Source: Nemertoderma westbladi (lineage: Eukaryota > Animalia > Xenacoelomorpha). From it: a DNA stretch of 64,000 bases. The DNA lies in contig JAUCBJ010004291.1 in the NCBI GenBank assembly GCA_032718475.1, positions 12,129 to 76,128 on the forward strand, given 5' to 3'. The notes below the pieces were generated by a model, which ran no database searches, was not told where the DNA came from, and saw nothing but the letters and a program-made list of their open reading frames with translations. Below, piece after piece: positions 46,531-61,781 of the stretch. How positions within the stretch are numbered: position 1 is the stretch's first letter; every line of letters begins with the position of its first letter. Position numbers and translations under genes: made by a program.

Positions 46531-49299
46531 GATTGTTTTTTATTTCCTTATCAGTAAATCCCAGAAAAGGGTTAGTTTAATTAGAACCTGCCATATCACG
46601 TACAAACAAGAATCAATGCTTAGTAAATAATGTTAGTTATAATTTCCTCAGCTGATGGCATATATTATATTAAATACCGGTATTTACCTTTCTGCAGAAT
46701 GTAATCAGACACCGACAGACACCTTTCCCTTTATACTTGATTGGTTTTGGCATAAGCAATGGAACTAGAAAACCAGCAAGTTGGCTATAAGAAGACCGTC
46801 TATAAGACAACAAAATCGAAAAACTAAATGATAATCTCAATCCCCAATAAAATATCAATCGCAATCAATATGTAAACCTCTCCCACCCTCCAAGCAGCCT
46901 TGGAGAAAGCAGAATTAATGTCATGACCAGTTCGGAGTTCTCAACAGACAACCCACCCCAACCATTGGATTGACTGAGACACACTCAACACTCCAGCCAG
47001 CTTGCTACCTGTCTTCCCAGGTAGCTAGAGTTAAATATTTATACAACGTTGCTATGATACAGAGAAAATCCTTCCCCATGCACTACCATAGGCAAAGTTG
47101 ACTCTGGGTGAGGGAATGTTACATATTTATACACTATTTAATTTTTATTCAATAAATAATCATACATCTTTATATTAAACACTCGAATAAAAAAAAATTG
47201 TTAGAATGGGACACAGCGAATCGACCTGTGTTATTTTTATACAGCATGAGCTTAATTTTAACCGCTTAAATAATTAATAACCGAAATAAGAACCCAAATA
47301 ATCGATACAGTTATTTGTATAGTTGGCCACGAAGTAGAGCACTTCTTACCCTTCCAAGCCAATATCATACATACATACATACAGACAGACAAACACACAC
47401 ACAAACAGACATTTTTTTGACAGCAGGAAGCCCTGATGGTCTTCTAAGTAATTATTTAAAAAACCCACCACACAAGAATGTATCAGAAAGCAGATGGTTT
47501 TTGGAGAAACAAAATGGCGCTTTCCTATTGGTCAGTCTATTGGTACATAAAGGGTTTTCCCATATCATAATTTTAACATAGCTCATATATAAATAACGAA
47601 AACTATCGAAATGTAGATAGAAGGTTTTGTGGATTATTGTAAATTATGTGAAAAGATTCTCATTATCCTAACCCCAAAACAAACTGTACATAGTTAGATT
47701 GTTTTGGCATGTAAAATTATACAAATAAGTTACACATTATATACGGGTGAACACTAAATACGGGTGAACAGTTTTGGCACACATTTGTGAAAGCAGATAT
47801 TGACTTTGAGGGTTTTGGCAAATAAATATTTTCTCAGGACTTCATTTTCTCGCCTCGCGACTTAGCTAGAAAGATGCGCTTCGTTATCCTAATTCTAAAT
47901 ATATCCATAACTCATATTGGGAAAAAAATTAGACTTTGACGGTTTTGGCATGTAAGGGCAGTACTGTAAGACAATGCAATAGATAAGTGTAGGCCTGCCG
48001 TACCGTGACCGTACGTGACGTAAAATTAGACTTAATTTGCTAAACCTGATATAATTTAATTATTTATATATTACACCTTTAAACTTACTGTGTGCACACT
48101 TATATTACATTTTTTTACATTTTAAGAGTATTTTGGACACCACTTGGGCCTTATATGTCCTTTTAACCAAGGCATATATTTAAGCGCTGATCTGCTAATC
48201 ATACATCTGACATCTGTTTGTTGTGCTAAAGCTACACTATTTAGGACAAACTAGGTATTTTGTTGTGTTATGACATTAGACTGGATGACATTCAGTCTGT
48301 ACAAGTACTCGTACTGTCTCAACAGTCTTTTTTCTTAGTTGCAACAGCAAGCAAAGTCGTTTGTTCATTTTCCATCCATGACGTTCCATCTGTGACGAAT
48401 TTAACAGTTTTGGCCCTGAAAGCCCTAAGACTCAAAAATCGAAAAATGTTGTCAATAAGTTTGGAGGACACTATCGTTATGAACACATGTGCCAAATTTC
48501 GAGTCATTTCATTAAGATATGAACGAGTAGTACCAGAAAGGCCCATTTGGCCAGAGTAATGTCCATTTTTTAAAAATATGTGGTTTTCATTTTTTATCAT
48601 TAAGTACATTCGTTTAGTACATTCGTTAATTACATTAGTAGTTCTTTCTGTACATTCTTACAGGCACAATTGAGCAATAAGTTTTGAGCCATTTAAATGT
48701 AATACGAAGTTACAAACACAAAAAAAAATTACGTTTAATTTTGAAATTTCAATTAATTCGATTCATAATAACTTTGATTTTTCTAACCGAAATATAACCG
48801 AAATAATAATTTTTAAATGACTATATCTTCTTTAGAAGGTTTAGAAGGTAATGTGTACATTGCTGGTTTGCACATATCTGGCAGTGATAAATATGATTTT
48901 ATGGTTTGATTGCTAAATGTGGAATTTTTTTCCGTCAGTGACGTTCAGTCCATGACGCTGGACAGCTGTTAATCAAACTAACCTAAAATTAGAACAAATC
49001 ATTATACGCTCTCCATTTTTGGCCCAAACTGATCCTGAGATATGTCGGATACTAAATGTATAACAAATCACATGGAAAGAGTCACAATTCGCAGGAATAT
49101 TGAGTGAAAGTTGAAGTACAGGTAAGAGATGAATTCTCTGTTCCGTCCGTGACTCTGTCTAATTTTGGTCACTGTACTTCAATAGAAAGCCAGGTCTCAA
49201 CTTTTTTATGTGATTCATATACAGGGTCACTAGTGCTTCACTGAGAGTGAGTATGAGAATTGTATATGGTACACATAGGATAGGAGGACAACAAATAAT

Positions 49300-51320
49300 G
49301 TGCTCCAAATTCCATCCACGACGCTTACAACACTTTCCAACCCTGCCCAACAGCAGATCGGAGGACCAGAGCAGGATAATGAGGGCTGTTGTGAAGACGG
49401 TGAACTAAATAATATAGCTGATGAAGAAGAAGACGAAACTGGTGTGGATGAAGGGACGATTCCCATTCAATCTCTTGTTGGTGAACAAAGGTGTGGTGCT
49501 TTCAAACGCCGAAAATGTTTGCCAGTGCACTTACTAGATACTGCTCTAGATCCTTCAAATTACTACACAGTAGAAAATAGTACCGATAGAGAAAGTCGAA
49601 TGCACTACACAGTTAAAGAAAAAAATAAAATAGTCATAGTCATAGTAACAACGTGGTCGGGGGTGGGGGGGGGGGGGGGGGGTTGTATATTTTTAAATTA
49701 TATAAGTTATACCATAATTTTACAGTCCCTTCACTGCTAAACTCCACCTTACTTTATTTAACTATGTTACATTAGGCACCTACGACCACCAGAGAAATCA
49801 AACTGCATTTATTTATCTGCTACTGTATACTTAATTTTATTTTAGAGGTGATTTTTTGACTGTTGACGAAACGTTGTATCCAAAGAGAGTAGAAACGTAA
49901 TTAAAAGACTATAACCCCAATAAACCAGCAAAGTTGTTGCGCTCAATCAATGAAGTTCGGGCTCAAATTACTTATGCTGCTCATTTCTACAGTGGTAAAC
50001 CAGCGGAGGACAATGAACACTATATAAAGGGGAACGATAATGTCGTGATACATCTATCTTGTTGATAGTCTACACAAGCATGTAGATATAAAGGGTCGCA
50101 ACATTAGTACCGACCGTTTATACACATCCATTCCACTAGCTGGAAAAGAACCCTGCTTGAAAAGAACATTAACATCATTGGTACGCTGATGTCTAATAGG
50201 AAAGGTATACCATCGGACATTAAAAAGGCTCAAACCAGGAATTATTTGACACCAAGGTTATTTATGAACTCGACAATAAAAAAATATATCTTTCATCGTA
50301 TGTGGTGAAAGTACAGAGCAAAGATAAGAAGCACAATGCTCTATTACTACTGACAATGCCCCCAATGTTAATGCACACGAAAGATGGAAAGAAGAAATAC
50401 GGGCATGATAAGGTTTACGATTATACCAAAGGTGGAACAGGTATAATGGACTAACGCCGAGGGCAAGGAAGCTTAACAAATAAAACAAACTCGAGAAAGT
50501 GGATGATGACTGCGAATGCCTACATGCTTGGCACAAGTTGCGTTAACGCACAGACTGTATGGGTGTTCAATAATAACAGAAACCCTAGATCGAAAAAGGT
50601 TTGTCTGAAATGTTTTATTTATATACATATACATGTGCATTACTACCATTGTCAGTGCTTCAATATATGGCGGTTCGTTTTTCATAAAATAAAGGTCAGT
50701 TTTTTAAAGTAAGTAAAAATACCTGATAATGCTGACTTTGATTAAATACGCGCAGCGGAAGTTTGACGAAATTTTGTCAATATTTACTTTTATGTACTGT
50801 ATGTATACATTTGTATGTAAATGAGAGGGTAGCGATCTCCGATCTATAAGAACTTGGTAACTTAGGAATTTAGTATGGTTACAAGTATATTCAAATACAC
50901 ATAAGTCGATTATACGCATAGTTATAAGGCCACATATTTGCCCTTGAGAAAAAAATAATTGAAATCATATACATTATTATATTTGTAACTTATAATTTTG
51001 TTCTCCAGGTAAAGTCATATCGATTTATTTGGGAGCTGGTTCCACACGAACAGGACTAGACCTCACGATAAGATCCCAGATGGCGATTATCTTGGGTGAA
51101 GCCGTTGGAACTACTGACTTGTCCAACTCATTACTACCATCAGCAACCGCCGCTTTCTCAATGCGCGTGGAGAAGCTTGAATGTCACTGCTGGGAAAATA
51201 CCAACAAACGAAAAGTCCAGCAAAACTTGAAGAAAGTCCGTAATCAGTGCACTAAAATGTTGTAACCCTTCATGCATGGACCACAGTGAACACTTATGTT
51301 CATTCAGCTATTCTGGTGCT
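49300..51320 (+). pseudogene. Decayed piggyBac transposase
   Basis: Acidic N-terminus, then LTVDETLYP...YNPNKPAK (~49860), GRNISTDRLYTSIPLA and IGTLMSNRKGIP (~50090-50215), YDYTKGGT (~50415), and a Cys-rich tail (~51180-51300). Many disruptions; TIRs not identified. Confidence 0.85.
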
Positions 51321-51985
51321 GCCAATTGATCACAGATTAAATCAGAATAGTAATCACAGATTTGAGATTTAGACATTTCAAACACTCGTTTTCCAAACGT
51401 TTTAATATTTGGTTATTTTTTAACACTTGTTCATAATTTTTGAGCAATTTCATAGTATCTATACTGAAACTTAACAATCCATACAATTTGTTGCATTATA
51501 GCCATGTTACAGGGGGGAGGGGGTGGGGTGGTGGACGCAAATCCCATCTCAGCGAATTAATATCTAATCTCAATTTATTGTACACAAAGCAATAAACTAT
51601 TGTCAATGTGCTTAATGTGATGTAGAGGGATGAATTTTAATTGCGTCCAATGTCACCCCCCCCCCCCATCTGATCGCTGTATATGATATTATTTTCTGAT
51701 ACACCTGTTTTTTTATTGTTGTCAGTTTTATTACTCTTTTGTCCGTACTTATCATTTTGAATTAGTAAATACTATTTCGAATTTGCACATATGTATTGGC
51801 TTTAGTTACTTTGCGCAGTTGGTTTATACGTAGTTATATGGTAATGTGTTATAATGCCTGAATTCCAGAACAACATGAGTAGGGGGGGGGGGGGGGGGGG
51901 TTGCAGGGGCGGGTTACGTAAGCAAATTCCATCTCGGCGAATTATCAATGTTAATTATATCATCAAGTAAGGGAAACGAGCGGGT

Positions 51986-52480
51986 TACTACTACTACTAG
52001 GATCGGCACGCTGCATTGCAGCTGCATTTTTAAGAATGCTGTGCCGGCTTATCGACAAAATTGCACCGCCACAACTTCCTATCACCCATGAAATTTGCTA
52101 GATCATCCGCATCTTCAAGGCCAGTGTCCTTTAAGATGCGTCTCAAGAAAGTCATGGGCTGTCCAGTCCAGTGTCCACCATGCTTATTCACTCCATGAGG
52201 CTGCCAAAGTACAAGATTATGCACTGGCTGGTCCTCACGGCGAAAGCAATGTCCTGCAAAGCGGAGGCGATTTTGTTCTAGTGTCAAGCTTGGGGGAACC
52301 AATGAGACACCTCCAATGTTATATAGTGTCTGGTTGGAGATGTGTGCATTGAACTTGACACAATGAACCCGGCGTAGCATTCTTGTGAATGTGCCATCCA
52401 GAGATTTGGTGTCCTCAGCAGTTAGAGCCCAGCATGGACTCCCATAGAGGAGTACTGCATAGTACGATACGGTAGCTATT
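51986..52480 (-). mobile_element. 5'-truncated RTE-like LINE copy 2
   Basis: VLLYGSPCWALT...LDGTFTRMLRRV...RLRFAGHCFR; (agt)n tail. Confidence 0.85.
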
Positions 52481-53619
52481 TGTTTAAGCATGGAGGGCTA
52501 AGGTACCAGTAGGCGCGGCGGGCGCTCCAGGGGAAGCGACGGAGGGAAGTGCAGAGGATCCAAAGTGGGGCAATGCTGGCGAGGGGCCACCGTTGCGGTC
52601 GGGCTAGTCAGTTAAGGACCGGGGACCTGCCGTCAGTACAGTATTAGGGGGCTGACGATCCAGATTTTCGTCTCTACCTTGTAGTGTTAGGGGGCAGAAT
52701 TTGGGTTTAGTTAGGAGTCGTCTGTATGGCTTTGGGTGGCCTGTGGTTCTTACACTGACTAATACTGGTATACTGATGTACTAACATACGGGTATTTAGT
52801 GTACTGGCTGATTGGTGATGTTAGCGCTATCTGCTGTACTACTAGCTTATTGCTACGCTATTTGTGTTGTGTCGCTAAAGAGTGCCTGATTCTTAATTGT
52901 GAATGCTTAGATAGGCGCCGTTTCCTTGATTGATTTCCATTTCTTAGTTTATGCTTATAAATTGCTGATGAGGTCGAAATAATACAGTATTTAGGCTGTT
53001 GCTAGTATAACCCAGTACGTAATAACTAATAAATAATAATTAGAAGTACGTATTCTGGAACATCTAGTAATTAGTACGCAATTTTGTATTTGTGACTGTA
53101 ATTAATTTAGTGATATTAAAATAAAATAAGAATTTGTACGCAGCATAGTGGAGAGTAGTTTAAGTGATTGTTTAGAATACTGTAGACTATTCACGCTAGG
53201 CGGTTATTTGAAAATAGCGGGGCAACAAGCTGACAGCAGTATCCAGTATACAGTAGTAAGTTTGCTGGTCTAAAACCAGCCAAAGGCCAAGTTTCGACAC
53301 CAATAAAGTAACAGATCTGTCCCGGTAAATAATTAAAATACTCTCACATTCGTCGTGTTCTGCCCAGTGAATTCCAGTATTTTGCGATAAGTGAACTGAG
53401 AGTGTTAGGCCACCCGCACTCGTTTTAAGTAGCTTAGGGAGCCGATTTCGGGTTTATTGTTTTGGTTATTCCTGCGTGGCTCATAGATTCGAACAGTTAG
53501 CTCTGAGCTCTCTGTTGAGCGATCAACAGAGAAAGGAGCAAGCGATTTAGCGGAGCTGTATAGTAAATAATAGTAAAACATATTAGCGGATGGCCCGGTC
53601 AGCGCCACCAAGCGGCAAG

Positions 53620-54200
53620 AAGCAACTTTGTGTTTTTGCTGCTTGCGAACGCTGTATTGTTCAATAGTAAGGACCAGCTCCAGATCGAGCTTGTTTAACA
53701 TGAAGCTTTCCACCTTTCTTAAGAGCAACAGCTCGTCGTAATATCGCAGCGCGAGTCTTTTTTAGGTGGTCTGTAAAGTAGTTGTTGGTGGGAAGTTTCC
53801 TCTGATTTTTAAAACAGGTGTATCATGTCGAATAGCTGTAGAAACGGATGATAAATGGACGTGGTTTATTGCTTGAACTGCCAGTGACTGATTTCTTGGT
53901 GACACCAAGGTAGTGTATTACTTCAAAACTGGTGGTGGCGTCAAAACTGATGGTGGCTGGAACTCCCAACTCGTTTAGTAAGGTGAAAACAATCCTTAAT
54001 GGTTCGGTCTTCTCCAACACCATGTAGGATAATGTTTTGTCGTTGCGCATACAGATCCTATGACTCGTTATCAGGTCTCAGGTTAATATTGTACGGACTG
54101 TAATTGGTCTTTAAGAGAAGCTACTTCACCTGTCAACATATCAATTGTTGATTGCAGTTTACCAAATTTCTGTTTTCTGTAGAATTTTGTCCAGTTTGGT
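53620..54200 (-). mobile_element. LINE ORF1 relic (CR1/L2-type)
   Basis: KPRPFIIRF followed by a YFTDHL-like motif and preceded by a coiled-coil-like segment; frameshifted. Confidence 0.5.
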
Positions 54201-55904
54201 ATAGCTACTGGGAGGACTATCTGTATACCATATCTATATACAATAAACCAGACTCAACAATCAATAATCAACAATCTGAAAATTTATGAACAGAGGATAG
54301 TACGATCAAATTTGCTCAGTCTTGTTGTGGTCTGTTACCCTCAAATAAATCTACCTGTAAAGGAGATGATTGAGGTTACAATGAACTAACTGTACAGGTC
54401 ATCAAATAAACCAAATAGAAAATCAAATAAACTAAAAAAATCTCTACCAAACTAATGAAAAGTCTCAAAAAAAAAAGAAAGAAAGTATCCAGCTAAATTT
54501 AATTAATACCCTACTGTAGCTAAATTATAAATTAGCTAAGTAAATTAGTACACTAGCTAATAAACGATTTAAGTAGATAATAAACATAATAGCTATTAAG
54601 AAAAAACTAAAATCAAAAGGTGAGACCAAAAAATATACTATAAATGTCATTAAAATTTTCAATCTTTGCTTATACATACCATACTAGTGCCAGAGAAGAG
54701 TAGTTGAGTGTCAGACGGTCGAGGTGCAAGATGACCTCCTACGAATATGTAAATTAGAGAGAAGCTTTGAGGAGATGAACTGGCAAGAAATGTTGAATTT
54801 CGCTTAGGTGCTGTTTCCGCATTTGTGGTGATGTCATTACAAGTGTCGCAAAGTATCACAATGATTGCTATAAAGCCTTCACTGGTAAAAGGAACTCAAT
54901 GGCATGGACTTGAGAAAAACTATAGATATAGAAGAAAACGAAGATGTTAGGGTGGAGAAACCGAGCGAGAAGACTTTCATAAAAATGGTCAAGGGACTTG
55001 AAAAAGACCAAAATAAAAAAATTTCCGATTTGATGATTATATTCATTTTTATTAATTTTATAACCTGCAGTTTCAATAATTGAATGTTACTGTTGTCATT
55101 TATGTATTTATTATTATATAATTATATAAAATAAAGATAAAAAACATAATCAAACAGAACAAAACAAAATGACAAAAAAGCATTTACAACAGGTCTAAAA
55201 TATGTTCACAAATGTGGCTCTGTTGATGTATTATATTCATATTTCTATATAAACCGCTAATATAACCACACACCAGATATTCAATATTCAAATGCATGGT
55301 TTGTTCATAATTGAAAAGTATATGCCATATTTACTGCAAACCAGTTATCATGACCCGTTGCTATGGTGACAAGGATTTTGTAATGCTGACCATATGAAAG
55401 TCCATACTCGATATAGTTAGTTATCCTCTTGTACTTGGAGTAGAGGAGGTCCAATCATTCTTGCATTACTGTCCTCAAGCCCATTGCTATGGTAACAAGG
55501 ATTGTAATTTTCAACCGTAAACTATGTTGGACACAGGAGGATTCTGGCAGTGCAAACACATAAACCGACCACTATGACCATGTACGTAATACTATCACTG
55601 AAATAGAGTTTAAAATGCAATGTTAACTCTCAAATAGAAAGTTGCATAAAAAAATTGCTCAAGGTCTCCGACGTTTTATGGCCTGTTTTGCGTTACTCCA
55701 CATAGGCCTATTCTATAACTTAACCAAAATAATTGTGTCAATGCCCTACTTTATGGTTCGACCCCATTTCTCCTGGACTAGCCACCTATATTTTGTATAA
55801 AAAAAACTAGCTAGTAAATAATTACTAGTTACTTTGACAATCAAATAAAATTACTGGCTACCATGACTCATAAATTATTCCAGACAAATATAATTTGTTG
55901 ATTA

Positions 55905-56035
55905 AACGCACAAAAATTAATTGTTCTCACAACAATGAATTGTTATGCGCAAAAATTAATTATTTCGCATAAAAATTAATTATTTCGCGTAAAAATCAAT
56001 TGTTATGCGCAAAAATGAATTGTTACGCACAAAAT
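55905..56035. repeat. ~20-bp degenerate tandem repeat (aaaattaattgttatgcgca-like)
   Basis: About 6 visible units. Confidence 0.7.
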
Positions 56036-56178
56036 TTTTTGGTTTGCGTAATTAACTGATTCCCACAAAAATTATTTTTTGCCTGTAATTAATTACCTGC
56101 ACTTTTGTAAGCGGATTCAATTCCATGCATTACCCACCGAAAATGAGAATAGTGGCATTTTACCAATATAGTTGCAGA

Positions 56179-58789
56179 TGTGAGATTACCAATAATAATC
56201 TCACCTCATAACCAACTGGGGAGGGGGGGATATACGCCGTAAGCCACAGAGAGAGGTGAGAGGTCAAACCACCTCAGAGGGAGAAACAAGCTAGTGAGGC
56301 TAGCACCACGGGGTAACACCAACAAGGAGTGGCGAGGTGACAATTAATAAGGTTAAGCCAATTGAGGGCAGGAAAGCACATTAGGGGGGACAGGAGTGCA
56401 TCTATTGGATATTAGGGCTATCCTGTAGTGTAGGAGTAATCTAATATGTGTCAATGGTATAACCGTTGTGATTTCTGATTATTAGTTTAGTTGATTAGCT
56501 TACGGTTGTGAGACCGGAATTAGTTTTGACCATCATCGTTACTGTTTGTATTGCATATTATTATATTCAGACTGTGCTATTATCAACTGCTGTGATTATT
56601 AACACTGACGATTTAACTCTATGTTTTCCAATGGCCTTCGGCCTAATATATCCAGCACTTAGCCAGCAGCCTACAACGCGACGATGCGTACAATCTACCC
56701 CAGTCGGAATCCACCACTGTCAACTCCAGTGGATTCCATCACAGTCAAAACTAACCATTAGGACAACCAAATACTGTGACCACACAACAAAGACAACATG
56801 AGCGAATAACATCAAATGCCCCAAGGTTCGGAAGGAGGAAGAACTCCACCGTGATAGAGAGGACCCCAAGTGATAGAGACCAGACGATTCGGGAGGCCGC
56901 GACGAGGCGGTACTGGCCCGCCACACCGGACTCGCCAGCGAGGGACGATCCGGACATCCAAGAGGACGGCGGCCGAGTACGAGGAGGGAAAGACGACGAG
57001 TCGACGTGAGGGGACCAAAGCGGCAGTCGAAGTACCGAAGTCGCCAGCCAACCACTGGCTGAGGGCGGTAAACGGCCCACCGGAACGGCGACGGTGGGGC
57101 CGACGGTACGGCGCCGGACAAGGAGGGAAGGTAAAGTCAACGAGGAAGACGTTGGGATGAGTTATCGCCTGCGACGGGGATACAATGCCGCGAAGAGGTT
57201 GTTGAAGGATGCTAGGGAGTGGAGAAAGGTAGACCAGCCCAAATTATACCAAAGGCTAGGTGAGTGCAACAAACACTTTTGCTATCTAGTCCGATTTGGG
57301 CAGGGGGGACTAGCAAGTGAGAGGGCGAGGGGGGTCGCCACAGAACTGTTTGAATTGTGGTGATCTGAGGTGGTAATGGAGATAGGAAAGTTAGAGGAGA
57401 CGTGTTGCACATGAAGTTGGCAGAGTGCGAGGGGGCATTAAATGGTAAGCCATTATGCATACCGAAGGATGACCGGGGGTCATCGGGGGCTTTAACGCCG
57501 GCGCACATATGGAGGGGGAGGCCAGCAGAGGTGGCATGTACCAGTGAGGATGATATGAAGGGTGGCATCCTACTGCCAAGTGACAACAAGATGGAGGGTG
57601 GCATTTTGCTGCCAGGGGACCACGAGGAGATCAGTGAGATGACGGAAACACCCGATTTAAGGGCGGAAGAGAAGGGAAGGTCAATTCCAAGAGAGTTGGA
57701 ATTGACAAGGAGAGTGGGGCGAAGAGTAAGAGGACCTACAGGGGGGGCAGTGGGAGAATTGCCTGCTGCAAGAATCGCCCTTAGGTTGATGAGTCGTCCA
57801 ATATGTTGGACTGAGGGTGGTGGGAATGAGGGCGATACACCCTTCCCACATAAAATAAAGTAGATAGATAGATAGATAGTATAAAGTAGATAGTACCAAG
57901 GTATGCGGTAGATAGACGTGGTAGATAGACCTACGTAGGTAGATAGTAGATATTATGTACGTCTGATGGGTACAGATGTACCAATGTACATAATATACAG
58001 TGTAGATAGTTACAATTATGTATGTCAGATGGGTACAATAATGTACCAAAGTACCTAATTTACATACGCACTACTTGTGGGCACTGATGGTGCCATGTGA
58101 GGAATTGGGGGTATGTACGCATACCATAGTAGAAGGGTACACAGTACCGTAAAACTTGTGGGCACTGAGGGCGCCACGTGAGGAACTGAGGAGGTTATGT
58201 ACGCATACCATAGTTGAGGGGTACACAGTACTGTAAACTTGTGGGCACTGAGGGCGCCACGTGAGGAATTTGGGGGTATGTACGCATACCGTAGTAGAGG
58301 GGTATACAGTACCGTAGACTTGTGGGCACTGAGGGCGCCACGTGAGGAATTGAGGGGGGTATCAGATGGCAGATAGGATAATAGCACAGGTAGGGGGGAA
58401 TATAGACAGAATAAATTTATGGTAAATTGACACATAAGGGGAATATTTGTACAAAATAGGAAGAACAAGATAAGAAGAAGGGCCATCACTGATTTAAACT
58501 AGTTAAGACCATACTTAGTTACCACTTGCCATACTGGGCCTTTCTAGGGTCCCACCAGTTGGATGAGAGCGTGTAGATTCATGATGGCAGAGAAATTAGT
58601 AAAGAAGAGGGAAGAGCGGAGAAGACTGGGAAGGAGTTGCTAGTGGACTTCACACAGAGGCATCCGGAGGAGAAGACGAAGGTATACTACAAACTACTCC
58701 CAAAGGGTCACAGGGCGCATGCGCTACAGGACCAGTTTAGGGAGATGCACGGGCGACGACTGGTCGGGACCTACGGGACGCCGCTGTCA
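56179..58789 (+). mobile_element. GC-rich TG...CA-bounded retroelement-derived insert with a Bel/Pao integrase-like relic
   Basis: Sharp composition change; flanks caga/taga. LAECEGALNGKPL...ALTPAHI (~57415-57510) resembles the Pao LxEVEAILNSRPL...LTPAHF motif. No paired LTRs seen. Confidence 0.4.
58070..58355. repeat. ~80-bp tandem repeat, ~3.5 copies
   Basis: cttgtgggcactgagggcgccacgtgaggaatt...gtatgtacgcatacc. Confidence 0.85.
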
Positions 58790-59741
58790 TAGAAGCGTAT
58801 AAACAAAACTGCGCATAATAAAACAGGAGAAAGTTGAACAGTAAATGAAACAAAACGACTTATAGTATGGACTTATCACAATTCAGCAATTAGGCCTATC
58901 ATATTTACAACTGTACATATCACAATATCAGTGAGTCAGTACCTAATGCTGTAATGTAGTATAATACAGTCAGACAGTATAATTATTTCTAAGGCATATG
59001 CTTTATACCTACATACAATGCAATACTGCAAAATAGTGCTCTATATATACTAATACCGGTACTTATAGCCTAAGAGAACAGCAGTAGAGAAACCGGTAGC
59101 AAGGAACCTAATGGTAGATTTCTGGAGGACATAAAAAGTAAAAAAAAAGGACAAAAAAAGGATTTAAACAGACAAGAAAAATTATTGCGATTTAACATGT
59201 TCATTTATTCATATTTATCTTCGTATTTACTTAAGTTCCTTAAATATTTACTTTTGTTATAATTTGTACATACTATCATTTATATTTACAATATTAAAGT
59301 TTAGTACATATTATTTAAAAAACCAAAAGATTTGTTTGATTGAAGCTTTTCTTATTTACCACATTTGCCAATCTAGTAAGTGCTATACAATTTATTTAGT
59401 TATACTCTATTCAAAAATTTACATATCCAACTTTATATTACATTATTTATCTAATGCACTTAAGCAACAATACAGCAATAGGCCTACTCCGATACTGCAA
59501 TGCAATACGTGGCTGTAGTTGATGAGTGCTTGCATATGAGGGAGTCAGGCAATCTACCAAGTTTGCAATAGAAACTCCATAGAAACCAATATAAGAAATT
59601 ATTGGGAGCACTGGATCAATATCAAATATGTAGTACGTATGTTTAGTACATAGTATGTTTTGTATTATGTTTTGGGAACATAATTATTCCGGCACTGTTG
59701 TTCCTTTCCTTTCATTTGGTAATATACCAGATTAATTTAAT

Positions 59742-59918
59742 TGGGGGAGGGGGGTGACTGGGAGCGGAGTTCCCGGGGAGGAAGTGACAGGGGGCGGAGT
59801 GCCCGGGGAGGAAGTGACAGGGGGGGGGGGGGGGGAGTGTCCGGGGAGGAAGTAACCGGGGGAAGTGTCCTACTTCCTACTTGGATGGGGGGGTGGAGGG
59901 GGGAAGTGTCCTAGTTCC
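59742..59918. repeat. G-rich ggggaggaagtg repeats, probably a DNA-transposon terminal array
   Basis: Repeated ggggaggaagtg(a/t)c ending in ggaagtgtcctagttcc; partner end not found. Confidence 0.5.
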
Positions 59919-61781
59919 GAAAGAGGAGCATGTGGATCCAGTGATATTTATTACTCATTTTTTTCAAAAAAATCACTTAGCGCCTTTTTAACGCCACCCG
60001 ACGATATGTTATAAATATAATGGATAAACGAGATAAACGATCTATCGAGAGAATTATAGTAAAAAATTACATTGTATTTATTACGTTGTAATATATTACA
60101 ACTTTAATTACAAATAGACGTTTGTATATTTGGCGGCATCATACCTTCATTTATTGTGCTAGTGTTATACTGTAATTTGATACTGTGACGTTAATTTAGT
60201 ACTTATGTTTTGCAAAATGTACTTATAAAATTTAATAAGTTAATTTATAAAACTTATAACAATATTAAAATGCTTTGGCATTACTTTTATATTTTTCTAG
60301 AGTATTCCAGAATGTAAATTATTTCTTGCTTTTTAATTAATCTCAATTGATTGACTATCAGTACTTCAGTAGAGTAGACTTCAGTAGAAATTAATAAACA
60401 TGACCTCAAACAAATTAAGTTTACCACTAAATTAAGCCTGCCCCCCCCCCCCCCCCCCCCCCGCCCCTTTCCCCAATATTAAAATTTTTAGTGATTTTTT
60501 ATAATCAATAAGAAAAGCAATCACCTGCAACTAGAAGAGTGACCCTAATAAAATTGCTAACGCCTCATATGTTATAATCCAGTCAATTAAAAAAAATAGG
60601 TTGGAGCATTTCGAAAGTTCAATTCACTAAATCCCTTACCACTTACATCAATTACATGGAGGCGGTGATGTAGTGAGTGTCATAAAAATACCAGATATCC
60701 ACCACCCCAATCACTTTACCTACTGCTTGGTAACAACACAGTAGACATGATTACTGCATGCGCGTGGGAAAAATTAAATGAGGCAATGCAGAGGTAGCTC
60801 ATCCGAGCTGAGCAATTGTGCGGGTCAGCATGACAATGTATTCGAACTGCAGCAGCTTCTATTCCCATAAGGCCTCATGTAATCTCCAAGACTGAAAAAT
60901 TTGTGGAAAGGTTTTATCATTCGGGGAGGTTTGATGGCATGTAACTCAATTTCCAAGGATCCTGCAGCCCTACACAGTACACATGTACATATATTACCAG
61001 CAAGGAAATAGAGGTATCACATAATTTGTAGTGTGATACTTTCTGCATTTCTTTCTATAAGTATTCATTTCAAGCATAGTAATTTATTTATTTATTCACA
61101 ACGTGTTGTACTTTGATAAGTTGTTTGAGCCATTAATATATATAGTTATAATTTATTTACATTTTAGTATTAGTATGTGCATAATTTATAGAAATATTTC
61201 ACCATTAGCAATTATTAATTATATTTTTCCCCATAATGTAAGAAAAATTATATGTACATAATCAGCAAAGAGTACCCACTGGTTTATACGTACACGATGA
61301 GAATCTATAAATCAAGTAATGTCTCATTTATGGGAATTGGGGCCCAATTGCTTTCAGCTCCTGTATATTTTTGACATTTTATTAGAGCTCTCCTACCCAC
61401 AAAATATATCTTATTAGATTTATACTTACTTACTTATTATTTACTTATTAGAAAAAAATCTTATTACTATTATCTCTTATTATTATTTATTTTATTGATA
61501 AAACTAATGAATTTTAAGCAAACAAGGCAGTAAGTATATGTTCATTGTTAACACAAATAAACTCATAATTAAGTTGATAAGCACAGGTGTGCAGCTTAAA
61601 CTACAAAGTAACTAACTACTCTACAAACAAACAATATAAATTCATGCATTTTTTCTATGCCTTTATTTTCTCGGGTTTTGCCGGGTTTTGCATCTTAAAC
61701 TTTAGATGTCTGAGTCAGCAATTCCAAAATAAAGATTTCTACAAAGATAGTTACGGGCCCAGATCACCGGGGTAAACATAA

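Noticed and set aside
54659-54859. Possible minus-strand exon ending at a gtatgt donor
   Set aside because: No clear acceptor and no recognisable product.
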